DNA of 64,000 bases from Candidatus Woesearchaeota archaeon (GCA_016188065.1 JACPIN010000020.1:764-64763); one strand, 5' to 3'; counted from the first letter of the stretch, positions 18,975 to 30,041 are shown. Notes: generated by a model not told the origin, from the sequence alone. Made by a program: numbers and translations.

Positions 18975-20090
18975 GACTCTAAATAATGAGGGTGTATGCA
19001 ACATAATATTTGAATATGATTGATTCGCAAGTGGACATGCACACTTTTTTTCGTGAACAAACTTCCTTACGTCTTTTGCTTGTTGAGAGTGCCATACTTT
19101 TTTGAAATCGAAATTGTAATCTCGTAGATTCCCCATTGGCTTACTATATCCGAGAACACAGCATGGCCATATCTCGCCCCTAGCATTTATATGCACATTT
19201 GTAATCCCTCCATAACATTGAATTACTTGTGTTTTTCTCTTCAAAATATCTACGACAAGATCATAATATACCAGCCTAAAAGCATACATTGCTCGAGAGA
19301 TACCTTTCTTTTTTTTCATATCATTTCTTGTTTTTTCAGCAAAGTATTCTATAGCCTGACGATATTTTTCTGCTGACGGAGTTATATTATCCTTTTCATT
19401 CCACATCTCTGTTCTATTTTCTGCAACCTCATTGATATAAGTATCCGGCTCCAAAGTGTAAGCAAAATCAACTATCTCTTTTACTTTATCAATGTTATAA
19501 TTTGAAATGACCGTGCCCAAACCCAACTTGAGGTTTGGATATGTCTTTTGTAAATTTTTGAGAAGATTGTAAGTTTCCATTAGTTTTTCAAAATTTCCTT
19601 TTACACCTCTAACTTCATCATGATCTTTTCCAACACCGTCATAAGAAGGCTTAATTGTAAAAGGAACGTTTTCAAATCCATTTTCTTTCATCCATCTCAA
19701 TATTTCTCCTGTTTTTTTTTCTATAAGTTTAGGCGTTAAAGCATTTGTAGGGGTATGAATAACTCTTGGATTCATATGTTTGCAAGCAAGTTGAACTATC
19801 TCTACAATCTCCTTTCGTAAAAACGGCTCACCTCCGCTGATGTTAAAGAAATAAACATGGCCTATATTTTTGAACATTTTTTCTATTTCTTCTAATGTTA
19901 GATCATCTTTTGCCATTGATGGATTCTTTTGATACACAAGTCCAATATTGCAAGTCTTACATAGTGATTGGCATGCACTTGTTATAGAAAATGTCAATGT
20001 TACTGGTTTTGGTGCCTGAATTAACCTTTTCTTAGCTAGCTTAAACGTTACTAATTTTGGAATAAGCTCTTTATCCTTTAGAATATTCAT
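18954..20090 (-). CDS. Radical SAM/SPASM(twitch)-domain protein
   Basis: CQSLCKTC, ISGGEPFLR, CYGG...GEIWPCC...GNL, CACP. Likely start MNILKD at 20090. Confidence 0.85.
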   Translation of the reverse strand: MNILKDKELIPKLVTFKLAKKRLIQAPKPVTLTFSITSACQSLCKTCNIGLVYQKNPSMAKDDLTLEEIEKMFKNIGHVYFFNISGGEPFLRKEIVEIVQLACKHMNPRVIHTPTNALTPKLIEKKTGEILRWMKENGFENVPFTIKPSYDGVGKDHDEVRGVKGNFEKLMETYNLLKNLQKTYPNLKLGLGTVISNYNIDKVKEIVDFAYTLEPDTYINEVAENRTEMWNEKDNITPSAEKYRQAIEYFAEKTRNDMKKKKGISRAMYAFRLVYYDLVVDILKRKTQVIQCYGGITNVHINARGEIWPCCVLGYSKPMGNLRDYNFDFKKVWHSQQAKDVRKFVHEKKCACPLANQSYSNIMLHTPSLFRVLRHTFF

Positions 20091-20106
20091 GCAAATATTT
20101 TGATTA

Positions 20107-21111
20107 TCAAGATTTATTAACCTTGTGTTGTTTCTCATTTTCCATAAAATAATTGACTGTCTCTTCAAGTCCTTGCTCAATACCAATTTTTGGCTCCCAT
20201 TTTAATTCTTTCTTAGCCTTTGAAATGTCAAATACCCTATTAAAAGTAAACGAGTTTAATCTTTGTAAAGTCATTGGTGGATTAATATTTATTATTAGAC
20301 TTAGATTTTGTAAAATAAAAACCGGTATCTTCAAAAACGACTTGGGCAGATTTATTTTGACAACTTTCAGATTTCCTTTTATTTGGATTATGCTAACTAT
20401 TTCTCTTAAATTTTTATTATCATCACCAGCAAGGATATATGTTTCACCAACTCTACCATTTTTAGCTGCAGCCACGATTGCATTTACTACATCTTTCACA
20501 TGTACTGCCGGGATAGTTGCATTGCCCCCATCTACGAAAGGGAAAAAACCTCTTTTCATTATTTTATAGATCTTTAGAATCTGACCGTGCTTCATTCTTG
20601 GACCATATATCATGGTTGGCCTAAGAATTATAACTGGAAGATTATACCTCTGAATATATTCTTTTATCAATTGTTCTGATTCATACTTGCTTTTTTGATA
20701 GGGTGTTTTTGGATTGCAAATATCATTTTCATTGATAATCGGCTTTTTGATTAGCCCCATTGCTGCTGTGCTACTCAAATAGACTATTTTCTTAACTTTA
20801 TATTTCTCACATGCATCCAGTACATTTCTTGTACCTTCTACGTTTATTTCTCTAAATTTCTCATAACTATTTCTTGATAATGCACTAATATTGCCTATGC
20901 CGACCAAATGGAAAACTATATCTTTTCCTTTCACAGCTTCATCAACACCCCTTTTATTTGTTATGTCGCTAATAACAAGATTTACCTTATCCTGATTATT
21001 GAGTTTAATTTCTTTTCTTACAAGACAAGTGACCTTATAATTATGTTTTAATAATTCTTCAATTAAATAATTTCCTACAAATCCTGTGGCTCCAGTAACT
21101 AAAGTTTTCAT
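20107..21111 (-). CDS. NAD-dependent epimerase/dehydratase (extended SDR)
   Basis: VTGATGFVG, YQKSK (YxxxK), RPTMIYGP. Confidence 0.9.
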   Translation of the reverse strand: MKTLVTGATGFVGNYLIEELLKHNYKVTCLVRKEIKLNNQDKVNLVISDITNKRGVDEAVKGKDIVFHLVGIGNISALSRNSYEKFREINVEGTRNVLDACEKYKVKKIVYLSSTAAMGLIKKPIINENDICNPKTPYQKSKYESEQLIKEYIQRYNLPVIILRPTMIYGPRMKHGQILKIYKIMKRGFFPFVDGGNATIPAVHVKDVVNAIVAAAKNGRVGETYILAGDDNKNLREIVSIIQIKGNLKVVKINLPKSFLKIPVFILQNLSLIININPPMTLQRLNSFTFNRVFDISKAKKELKWEPKIGIEQGLEETVNYFMENEKQHKVNKS

Positions 21112-21164
21112 GAATATTAGAGTTAACCCAAAGACTTATAAGATTAATTTTTGATTTTGAGTTT

Positions 21165-21851
21165 ATGGATATTACTACGATTATTCCTGCTTATAATGAA
21201 GAAAAAAACGTTGGTGAAATTGTTAATGGGGCGAAAAAACATAGTAATAAAGTCATTGTTATTGTTGCTAAAAAAAGCAGCGATAGAACTGCGGACATTG
21301 CAAGAGATTTTGGTGCTGAAGTCATCTATGACAATGGAAGAGGAATAGGTGATGCAATAAAATGCGGTATAAATCATACTTCTGATGATGACATTGTTGT
21401 AAAAATGGATTGTGATTGTTCTCATGATTTCAATGATATACCAAAACTTGTGAAACCAATTCTTGATGGAGAAGCAGATTTGGTTATTGGCTCTAGAAGA
21501 AAGGGCGGAAGTGATGAACTTTCAGGAAAAATCTCGCATGCATTCAGGGGAATTGCAACAGACCTAATCGTGCTGGCGGTTAACATTAGATGGAACCAGC
21601 AATTTACCGATATTGAAAACGGTTTTCGGGCTGCTCGAGCAAAAACATTAAAGGATATAAACCTAAAAACAAATGATTTTGATTTAGATCAAGAAACCGT
21701 GATGAAAATGCTTAAGAGGGGCTATAGAATTAAAGAAGTTGCTGCACATGAATATCCTAGAAAACATGGACAAAGCACAATGAATTTATTTAGAGTTGGT
21801 TGGAAATTTGTCTGGTCTTATATGAAATATGCATTTCTTGGGTTTAAGTGA
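21165..21851 (+). CDS. GT2 polyprenol-phosphate glycosyltransferase (DPM1-like)
   Basis: IIPAYNEE, MDCDCSH, DLVIGSR, FTDIENGFRA. Confidence 0.85.
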   Translation: MDITTIIPAYNEEKNVGEIVNGAKKHSNKVIVIVAKKSSDRTADIARDFGAEVIYDNGRGIGDAIKCGINHTSDDDIVVKMDCDCSHDFNDIPKLVKPILDGEADLVIGSRRKGGSDELSGKISHAFRGIATDLIVLAVNIRWNQQFTDIENGFRAARAKTLKDINLKTNDFDLDQETVMKMLKRGYRIKEVAAHEYPRKHGQSTMNLFRVGWKFVWSYMKYAFLGFK

Positions 21852-21893
21852 AACGATAATTATTTAAGAGTTTACCCTCCTTTTTTTAAAAGT

Positions 21894-23180
21894 ATGGGAA
21901 GTGATTGGATTCAAAAAGAGATTGATTCCTGCAGGGTTTGCGGATCAAAGTTATTAATTCCAATCTTGTCTCTGGGAAAGCAGTATGTTTCTAATTTTGT
22001 CGAAAAGATTGACAAATCTAACGTAAAGATTCCACTTGAGTTAGTTCTTTGTGATAATAACTTTGGAGGATGTGGATTATTACAACTAAAACACACAACA
22101 AATCCGGATATTATGTATAAACAGTATTGGTATATGTCTGGTATAAATAAAACTATGACTGATGCGTTAAAAGACATTGTTGAAAAAATTGAAAAAATTG
22201 TTGAATTTAATAAAAATGATATTGTTCTAGACATTGGATGCAATGATGGAACACTTTTGAGAAGCTATTCTAAAAAATTGATAAGGCTTGTTGGAATCGA
22301 TCCTGCAAAAAATATGGAAAAGTTCTCAAAAATTGGAACAACAAAAATAATTGTTGATTATTTTAGTTCAGAAACATTTCATAAGGAATTCCCTGAAGAT
22401 AAAGCGAAGATTATCACAAGCATTGCCATGTTTTATGATTTAGATAACCCCAATAAATTTGTTAGTGATATCAAGCAATGCTTGCATGATGATGGGATGT
22501 GGATAATCCAGATGAGTTATTTGCCTTCTATGTTAGAGCAGAATGCATTTGATAATATATGCCATGAACATGTCTGCTATTACTCTCTCCTTTCTCTGGA
22601 AAATTTGCTCTGCAGGCATGACTTTGTTATCTTTGATGTTGATCTAAATGATATTAACGGCGGTAGTTTTAGGGCTTATATCAAACACAAGAATGGAGAT
22701 GTTAAAAATTTTGAAAATGAAAATAATAGAATGAAAGAGTTAAGAGAATATGAAAAATCATTTGGACTTGCCTCTAAAAAAGTCTATGAAGAGTTTGCTA
22801 AACGAGTGGAAGGATTTAAGAAAAGAACATTGAGACTTATTAGAGATGTGAACAAAAACGGAGGGAAATTGTATGCCTATGGCGCATCTACAAAAGGTAA
22901 TACCCTGCTTCAATATTATGACCTTAATAACTCACATATTATCGCAGTTGCTGAAAGAAATCCAATGAAATATGGTAAAAAAACAATTGGAAGCTGGATA
23001 CCAATTATTTCTGAGCAGGAAGTTAGGAAGGCCAAACCAGAATACCTCTTAGTTTTACCTTGGCATTTTTTTAAGGAATTTGGAGAAAGGGAAAGAGAGT
23101 TTTTGCAGAATGGAGGAAAGTTTATATTGCCCTTACCTGTACCAAAGATTGTAACTAAAGATTATGAGAAGGAATTTTGA
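21894..23180 (+). CDS. NDP-hexose C-methyltransferase (TylCIII/NovU-like)
   Basis: N-terminal Zn site CRVCGS...C...C, LDIGCNDGTLL, FDNICHEHVCYYS, YGASTKGNTLL, LVLPWHF. Confidence 0.85.
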   Translation: MGSDWIQKEIDSCRVCGSKLLIPILSLGKQYVSNFVEKIDKSNVKIPLELVLCDNNFGGCGLLQLKHTTNPDIMYKQYWYMSGINKTMTDALKDIVEKIEKIVEFNKNDIVLDIGCNDGTLLRSYSKKLIRLVGIDPAKNMEKFSKIGTTKIIVDYFSSETFHKEFPEDKAKIITSIAMFYDLDNPNKFVSDIKQCLHDDGMWIIQMSYLPSMLEQNAFDNICHEHVCYYSLLSLENLLCRHDFVIFDVDLNDINGGSFRAYIKHKNGDVKNFENENNRMKELREYEKSFGLASKKVYEEFAKRVEGFKKRTLRLIRDVNKNGGKLYAYGASTKGNTLLQYYDLNNSHIIAVAERNPMKYGKKTIGSWIPIISEQEVRKAKPEYLLVLPWHFFKEFGEREREFLQNGGKFILPLPVPKIVTKDYEKEF

Positions 23181-23181
23181 G

Positions 23182-24228
23182 ATGAAAAAGGCACTAATTA
23201 CGGGAATAACAGGCCAAGATGGGAGCTATCTTGCTGAATTCTTATTAAAAAAAGAATATGAAGTTCACGGAATAGTTAGAAGAACAGCATTAGAAGATCC
23301 TGAGCAGAGATTGAGGAGGATCAACCACATAAATGACAGGATAATCTTGCATTCCGGCTCTATTGAGAACTATGCAAGCATTCTTGATATTTTTGATAAG
23401 GTTAAACCAGATGAATGCTATCACTTAGCTGCACAAAGCTTTGTAAAAGAATCATTTGAAGATGCCCATTCAACTTTTAATATTAATATAAATGGGGTTC
23501 TGCATATCTTATCTGCAATAAAACAAAAACATCCGAACTGCAAGCTTTATTTTGCTGGAAGCTCTGAGATGTTTGGAAAAGTTCAGGAAGTCCCACAAAT
23601 AGAGAATACAAAATTTTATCCTAGAAGTCCATATGGTGTAAGCAAAGTTACTGGTTTTGACTTGACAAGAAACTATCGTGAGAGCTATAACCTATTTGCC
23701 TGTTCTGGAATTGCCTTTAATCATGAGTCTCCAAGAAGGGGGTTTGAATTTGTAACAAGAAAAATCTCGTCTACAATAGCGAAAATAAAACAAGGTAAAA
23801 CGAATATTTTAGTACTTGGAAATTTAGATGCAAAAAGGGATTGGGGATTTGCTGGAGACTATGTTGAGGCTATGTGGCTGATGTTGCAACAAGAAAAACC
23901 AGATGACTTTGTTATATCTACTGGCGAAAACCATTCTGTAAAAGAATTCATTGATTTGGCATTTAAACATGCAGGAATAAAATATGAGCTGATTGATTTA
24001 CACAACCTTTCTGAAAAAGTAGCAGATAAAAAAATTGAATGGTTTAAAAAACAGAAGAATAAAGCCTTTGTAGTTCAGCACCCTAAATTCTATAGACCTG
24101 CAGAAGTTCATGAATTATTGGGAGACTCATCAAAAGCAAGAAAAATCCTTAAATGGAAGCCAAAGGTATCATTTAATGAACTTGTAAAGATGATGGTTGA
24201 CAATGATATAAAATTGGTTAACACCTAA
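23182..24228 (+). CDS. gmd: GDP-mannose 4,6-dehydratase
   Basis: ALITGITGQDGSYLAEFLL, LAAQSFV, SSEMFG, FYPRSPYGVSK, FNHESPRRG.EFVTRKI, GNLDAKRDWG. Confidence 0.95.
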   Translation: MKKALITGITGQDGSYLAEFLLKKEYEVHGIVRRTALEDPEQRLRRINHINDRIILHSGSIENYASILDIFDKVKPDECYHLAAQSFVKESFEDAHSTFNININGVLHILSAIKQKHPNCKLYFAGSSEMFGKVQEVPQIENTKFYPRSPYGVSKVTGFDLTRNYRESYNLFACSGIAFNHESPRRGFEFVTRKISSTIAKIKQGKTNILVLGNLDAKRDWGFAGDYVEAMWLMLQQEKPDDFVISTGENHSVKEFIDLAFKHAGIKYELIDLHNLSEKVADKKIEWFKKQKNKAFVVQHPKFYRPAEVHELLGDSSKARKILKWKPKVSFNELVKMMVDNDIKLVNT

Positions 24229-24231
24229 TTC

Positions 24232-25653
24232 TCAAAGTTTTTTTCTTAGTCCTAAAGCTAGAATTAAACTGTGCCTTATGTCTGCTCCGAAAAGATTAAA
24301 CTTAACCCATCCAGAAGAAAATTTTTCTACATAATTGAAAAGTTTATTTGGTTTCATCCCAATCAATGGTTGAATAAGATATTTAGATTTCGGAAATCTT
24401 ACTAAAACCCAAAAGAAGTTTTGTAGATTTATTATTTCATTTTTATTTTTTAATTTTATAGGATTATAACTACCATCATGCATCATTCCTATGTTATTTA
24501 CATCAAAACTTTCGTCTAAAACGCCTGTTTTTTGAGCATATTCCTTTAGTTCTGTTGCTGGATATGGCTGAAACACAGTACTAAATGGATAATCTGGTTT
24601 TATCTGTGCATTGATTTTAATAGTGTTCCAGGCCTGCTCTAAAGTTTCACCAGGCATGCCAAACATATTATATGTTGAAAATTTGATTTTATATTTTTTT
24701 AACAATTTTCCGGCCTCCCTTATCTGATCATCATTTAAGAATTTATGTAAAACCTTTTTTCTATATTCTTCATCTCCGGACTCTATGCCCCACGCAATGT
24801 TATCACACCCTCCTTCTTTTAGAGCTTTTAAAACATCTTCGGATAACAGCTCATTTCCTCTTGCTAAGATACTGAATGGAAGATTAATTTCTCTTTTGTA
24901 CATTTCCATAAATTCAAGAACCCATTCTGAATGAGTCGCAAAAGTATCATCTGAGAATCGAACATTTTTTAATGGATACTTTTCTTTGACCATTTTTATT
25001 TCATCTATCATGCTCTGAGGGCTTCTTTTTCTTACAAATTGCCCTTTACCTTTATACATTTTCTTTATTGTCGGATTATAACAAAATGTACAATTAGCAA
25101 CACAACCACGTCCAGTCATAAATCTTTTTGTAGGTATGTCTCTTAGAAATTTATACCTCTTATAGTAAATTTCCCTATCCATAAAAGGTAAAGAATCTAA
25201 ATCTTCGACTAAATCTCTTAATTCATTTTTATATATCTTCCCATCTTTTTTAACCCACAAATCTTTGATTTTAGTTATATCTTTTCCTTTCTCTAAATTA
25301 TTAATTAACTCAACTATGGATATATCCCCTTCTCCTCTGCAGATTACATCTACTGGTTCCTCATTCAAAACTTCTGGAAAATAAGTTGGATGTGTTCCGC
25401 CAAATACAATTACTACTTCTGGATATCTTTCTTTAATTTCTTTTGCTTTTTGCAAAGATGTTTTATGCCAACCACTTATTACTGAAAAACATACCACTTC
25501 AGGATTAATTTCTTTAAACTCTGTCCAGAAGTCTTTTTCTTTTTCCCAGATTAGAGCATCGCATTCATGACCTGCCTTCTTCAAATTAGCAGACATCTGC
25601 ATTACCCCGATATAATCATAGGGAACATCCTGCAAAAATAATATCCTTGTCAT
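24232..25653 (-). CDS. B12-binding radical SAM protein
   Basis: N-terminal cobalamin-binding domain (FGGTHPT, GEGD); TGRGCVANCTFC; GIESG; GMPGET. Confidence 0.85.
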   Translation of the reverse strand: MTRILFLQDVPYDYIGVMQMSANLKKAGHECDALIWEKEKDFWTEFKEINPEVVCFSVISGWHKTSLQKAKEIKERYPEVVIVFGGTHPTYFPEVLNEEPVDVICRGEGDISIVELINNLEKGKDITKIKDLWVKKDGKIYKNELRDLVEDLDSLPFMDREIYYKRYKFLRDIPTKRFMTGRGCVANCTFCYNPTIKKMYKGKGQFVRKRSPQSMIDEIKMVKEKYPLKNVRFSDDTFATHSEWVLEFMEMYKREINLPFSILARGNELLSEDVLKALKEGGCDNIAWGIESGDEEYRKKVLHKFLNDDQIREAGKLLKKYKIKFSTYNMFGMPGETLEQAWNTIKINAQIKPDYPFSTVFQPYPATELKEYAQKTGVLDESFDVNNIGMMHDGSYNPIKLKNKNEIINLQNFFWVLVRFPKSKYLIQPLIGMKPNKLFNYVEKFSSGWVKFNLFGADIRHSLILALGLRKKL

Positions 25654-26534
25654 TTTACGATTTGCCTCATTAAATTTTTAATGCCAAATTTTGGTATATA
25701 TAAATCACTGCACCCAGTGCATATGTCTGGCTCATTCCCATTAAAAAAGGTTTTCCTTAAGCTTTGAATTCTTTTACCATTCCATATTGCGTCTAATGTT
25801 TCAGTAACAGCATTGCCAATTGTCAACCTAAAATTATAATCTTTACAACAAACAGTAACTTTCCCCTGCCAGTCAACTACAAGCATATAAAACGGAAAAT
25901 AGCAACCTCTTTTTTTTAATCCTGAATTGCGTAAATCTGGCATTGTATCCAAATTAATCCCACCTGCAAAATTGTGCTTTGGCGACCAATAAATTTTATC
26001 TGCATTGGAATAAGGTTTAATGTCCTCTTTAGTATCTTCCAAGACACCTGCAATCGCTTGAGGAGTTTCTCTGTCCCCTCTAACTCTCATAAAAGTTTCA
26101 TAGGATTGCTGAGTTTTATCTGTTTCATCATCAATGCTAAAATATAATTTATCCAAACCAGATTCTATCAATATCTTGCTTCTTTCTTCATTCAATATGG
26201 TAGCATTAGTATTGAGCTGGACTACTAACCCATATTCCTTCAGATGCCTAATCATTTCCCCTATTTTTGGATGCAAAGTTGACTCTCCAAATACATAAAG
26301 ATGAATTTCGCTTTCTTTCAGGAATCTATGATTTGTATCTATAATTTTTTTGAAGATCTCAATATCCATGTATCCTTTCGGCCTTTGAAGATCATCTCTT
26401 GGACAGAATGAGCAATGAAGATTACAAATGTTTGTAGGCTCTATATTAACTTGAATCGGTTTATAATTACAAAACGTTTTTTCAGCCTTAATAGTATAAA
26501 ACATCTTCAGATTACTTATAAGTGCCCCTTTCAT
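25650..26534 (-). CDS. Radical SAM/SPASM protein
   Basis: EPTNICNLHCSFCPR; CYFPF...GKVTVCCKD...IGN...CTGC. Confidence 0.85.
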   Translation of the reverse strand: MKGALISNLKMFYTIKAEKTFCNYKPIQVNIEPTNICNLHCSFCPRDDLQRPKGYMDIEIFKKIIDTNHRFLKESEIHLYVFGESTLHPKIGEMIRHLKEYGLVVQLNTNATILNEERSKILIESGLDKLYFSIDDETDKTQQSYETFMRVRGDRETPQAIAGVLEDTKEDIKPYSNADKIYWSPKHNFAGGINLDTMPDLRNSGLKKRGCYFPFYMLVVDWQGKVTVCCKDYNFRLTIGNAVTETLDAIWNGKRIQSLRKTFFNGNEPDICTGCSDLYIPKFGIKNLMRQIVK

Positions 26535-26594
26535 CTTATCACCTAATTAACTATCGTTAACAATACTTTATAAAGTTTATTTATTATTCCCCCT

Positions 26595-27503
26595 TTAAAT
26601 TCTAACCCTTAATGCTAAAAATGTAAAAAAAACTATAAGGTTTACTACAATAGTTCCTAAGATATACGCGCTTGCTGTTATTACTGGGTCTAACCCAATA
26701 AATGTATAAAATAATGCTGCAGAAGATTCTTTTATTCCGAGCCCATTTGGTGTTATCGGTATGAATGTCAAAATTGTTATCATTGAATCAATCACGAGTA
26801 TATGAAGAAAATTAACTTGCTGCCCGAAAGATAAAAATAAAAATGAGACTGCCACTGATGAGATCATTGCTTTCAATATTGTTATAGTAAGATTAAATAG
26901 GATCGCTGATTTTTTGTGCTTGATAAGTTTCAAAAGGTTTGATGAAAATCCGCTGAACATTGTTGAATATTTTCTTAAAATATATTTTTTTATTATCGCT
27001 TTCACTTTTTCACTGATCATTGCAACTATAAATATAAATAGAAGAAAAGAGAGGACCATTAGCGGGAGAGTTAAATAATCTGTGTCAAACAAGAATATTG
27101 CTCCAATTGTTGAAGCTACTATAAGAAAGATCAAAGTGATTGCTTTATCAATAAGGTAGAGAACAGAGCTCAGTCCATATTCAACATTGTCTTTTTTAAG
27201 AAATTTTATCAAAATGAATTCTCCAATTTTTCCCGGTAAAATTAATCCTGATGCCCAACTCATCAAGTTGTACCTAAATAATTTGAGCAGTGGCATTTTT
27301 ACGCCCAGTGCATTTAATAATATCTTCAAGTTATACGCTCCTAATAGAAATAGTAAAATCCACAACAAAATCGTAGGGACTACCCATAACAGATTTGCGG
27401 ATAATAAGGTTTCAAACAGTTTCCTTATACCTAAAGTGTATGTTAGTATTGTTAATATCGCTGCTGCCAAAATAATTCTTTGAATAAAATTTTTAGAGAT
27501 CAT
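26595..27503 (-). CDS. Lysylphosphatidylglycerol-synthase-TM/UPF0104 flippase-like membrane protein
   Basis: Polytopic; LPGKIGE and PITPNGLGIKE motifs. Confidence 0.8.
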   Translation of the reverse strand: MISKNFIQRIILAAAILTILTYTLGIRKLFETLLSANLLWVVPTILLWILLFLLGAYNLKILLNALGVKMPLLKLFRYNLMSWASGLILPGKIGEFILIKFLKKDNVEYGLSSVLYLIDKAITLIFLIVASTIGAIFLFDTDYLTLPLMVLSFLLFIFIVAMISEKVKAIIKKYILRKYSTMFSGFSSNLLKLIKHKKSAILFNLTITILKAMISSVAVSFLFLSFGQQVNFLHILVIDSMITILTFIPITPNGLGIKESSAALFYTFIGLDPVITASAYILGTIVVNLIVFFTFLALRVRI

Positions 27504-28372
27504 TTTTTCATGTCTGCCAGAAATCCAAAGAGGATAATCTGAACTCCGACTATGTATAATAACGCAGTTACTATCGTCAAGGGAATATGTCCAACTCTTC
27601 CAGTTGCTATAAATGTATAAGCTAGAAAGAGGCTGTTTAACATGCCAACAAAGATAAATATGCTACCGAAGACTCCAAAGAACCTAAGAGGTTCAAAGTC
27701 TCTGTAAATCCTGAAGATATTTATCCATGCTTTTATCGCATAATCGAATGAATTTTTGAACAATCTGCTCTCCCTTGTTTTTCTTGTGCTTATCGGAATT
27801 TCTGCTACCTTCATCTTTGCCTTGCCTGCTCTTATCAACTGTTCTTGAGTATATGTAAAAGTGTTTATCAACGGAAGCTTTGCAACTTCTGATGTGAAAG
27901 CTCTGAACCCCGTGGTGGTATCTGTTATTTTTGTTTTTAATAATCCTGAGAAAACTTTTGCAAATGCTATGTTACCAACTCTTTTCATTAATGATCCTTG
28001 ATAATTGCCTCTTCCGAATCTCGCTCCAAGAACAAGATTATACCCCTCCTCAACTTTTTTAATCATTTCTGGGATATAATGCGCAGGATATTGCCCATCT
28101 GCATCTGTATGGATTATGATATCTGCCTTAAACTTCGTGCATTCTTCCATTTCTCTCTTAAATGTTTCAGCCAAGCCTAGATTTCTTGAGTTTGAAACAA
28201 CAATAGAACCATTTTCTCTTGCTATCTTGGCTGTATTATCTTTACTCCCATCATTGACTACAAGAATTTTATATTTATATCTTGTCGAGTCCATGACTTC
28301 TTTTATCTCTTTCAAGACATTCCCAATGTCCTTCTCTTCGTTGTAAGCTGGCAGTGTAATTACAATGTTCAT
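27500..28372 (-). CDS. GT2 polyprenol-phosphate glycosyltransferase with C-terminal TM helices
   Basis: LPAYNEE, VVNDGSKD, TDADGQY, DTTTGFRAF, two C-terminal TMs. Confidence 0.9.
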   Translation of the reverse strand: MNIVITLPAYNEEKDIGNVLKEIKEVMDSTRYKYKILVVNDGSKDNTAKIARENGSIVVSNSRNLGLAETFKREMEECTKFKADIIIHTDADGQYPAHYIPEMIKKVEEGYNLVLGARFGRGNYQGSLMKRVGNIAFAKVFSGLLKTKITDTTTGFRAFTSEVAKLPLINTFTYTQEQLIRAGKAKMKVAEIPISTRKTRESRLFKNSFDYAIKAWINIFRIYRDFEPLRFFGVFGSIFIFVGMLNSLFLAYTFIATGRVGHIPLTIVTALLYIVGVQIILFGFLADMKK

Positions 28373-29988
28373 TTCTGTATTTTATAGATATTTATTTTAT
28401 TTCTTGACTGGATTAATTCATAATCAAGCTCATGATTTGAAACAATTAAATCAATATTCTCTGGTGGATTTAAAACATTTCCTATGGCAATATTTTGATT
28501 CATCCAAAAAGCCATCGGGATAAATTGTGGAGAACATAATGCCTGATTGAACTTTGTAATTGGATCTATGCAATCTCTCTCATCGAATATTATGTTTGTA
28601 TTTGCTGGGAAATTCTTGCTAAGCCATGCTCCCAAAATTATATGATCTTCATTGTACCAATAAGTTTTTGAGTTAACATAATCAACTGTGTAATTTGTCA
28701 TCCCGACCAATAAGAAGAATAAAATAAATACTTTCAGCAGACTATTTAATTTAATTCTTTTATAGAAGAAATTTACAATAAACGGCAAAATAAAAAATAA
28801 AATAGAGAACAAAATTATCGATTTAGATTCATATGTTATTATGCCCAGCCATGTAAGCGACATATTATTTACTGGGAATAGCGGGAAAAAGATTAGTTGA
28901 GATGATGCTGCCAGAATAATTGAGCTGAAAAAGATGGGTAGATTGTAAAGTTTTTTATTGCTTAAGCCTAAAAAACCAGTGATTAGAATCAACGGAAGCA
29001 AAACATCTAGATATCTTCCAATTGGTCTGCCAGTTAGCCAACCAAACGAGGTTTTATAAAATATTGTGGTTACATTATATTTTGCCAGGACGAACAAAGT
29101 TGTTGCCACTGAAAATAGAAATATCAAAGATAATACCTTTTGTTTTTTATTATCGGTTTTTACCTTAATAAAACTTATACTTGCCAATGAAAACAAAATT
29201 CCTGAGGCAAGAACCAAAAATCCTAGATAAAGAATAATCCATATCAAAAATGACAAAATTCCTGTCGAGCTAAAGAGGTTGTTAGCCTCAATTATGTTAT
29301 CATAAGTTCTGAAGAATACATTCAAGTTAAATCCTAACAAAAACATATTCCTCAAAGTCCAAGGTAAGATAACTCCAAGTCCAACTGCCAATATTGAAAG
29401 AGCTTTCTTTTTTGATGCGAAAAAGAACAATAAGCCAACTACGATAAACAGCATGAATGCAGAGGTTTTTGTCAAGAAAGTCAAGCCTATAAATATCCCT
29501 GAAATTATCGGATAAATTTTTCTCTCATCCGTGAATGATTTGTAAATGAAATATACTGAAAATAAGAATAAAGGATAAAAAATATTCTCTGCCATGATAT
29601 ATCCTGAAAAAGAAAAATTGCTAGGCAATATTGAGACTAAGACTGCAGCATACACGGCTTTCTTTTTTGAGGTGAATTCTTTGGTAATAAGCCATGAAGG
29701 GAATAGAATCAAAGAAGAGATTAGTGCATTAATTAGTTTCATTACTGGATAAATGATATTCATGCTTTTGAAGAGGTAAGCCGGGGCTAATGCTAACGAA
29801 TATAATGGCGGAAAAAAGGCTGCTTTTCCTCCAACTTGCAGATTGAGATCATAAAAAATACTTCTAGCCATTTTTGCATAAATATAACTATCTGAAAAGG
29901 CAGTCGGGTATGGGATTGTATAAGATAAAACGAATTTAGCCAGGACAAAAACAAGATACCAAATCATTAACTTCTTAATCCACTTCAT
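28369..29988 (-). CDS. GT-C (PMT/ArnT-like) membrane glycosyltransferase
   Basis: FSDSYIY in the first loop, PPLYS, MAENIFYP, LTFLTK, many TMs. Confidence 0.75.
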   Translation of the reverse strand: MKWIKKLMIWYLVFVLAKFVLSYTIPYPTAFSDSYIYAKMARSIFYDLNLQVGGKAAFFPPLYSLALAPAYLFKSMNIIYPVMKLINALISSLILFPSWLITKEFTSKKKAVYAAVLVSILPSNFSFSGYIMAENIFYPLFLFSVYFIYKSFTDERKIYPIISGIFIGLTFLTKTSAFMLFIVVGLLFFFASKKKALSILAVGLGVILPWTLRNMFLLGFNLNVFFRTYDNIIEANNLFSSTGILSFLIWIILYLGFLVLASGILFSLASISFIKVKTDNKKQKVLSLIFLFSVATTLFVLAKYNVTTIFYKTSFGWLTGRPIGRYLDVLLPLILITGFLGLSNKKLYNLPIFFSSIILAASSQLIFFPLFPVNNMSLTWLGIITYESKSIILFSILFFILPFIVNFFYKRIKLNSLLKVFILFFLLVGMTNYTVDYVNSKTYWYNEDHIILGAWLSKNFPANTNIIFDERDCIDPITKFNQALCSPQFIPMAFWMNQNIAIGNVLNPPENIDLIVSNHELDYELIQSRNKINIYKIQK

Positions 29989-30041
29989 AATCGTAATCTC
30001 GTTAAAAAAGGCTTTTAAGCTTTCCTTTATACCATTATATA

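Noticed and set aside
18954..26534. RiPP maturation by the SPASM radical SAMs
   Set aside because: No short precursor ORF or PqqD/RRE domain is evident; the genes are embedded among sugar-modifying enzymes.
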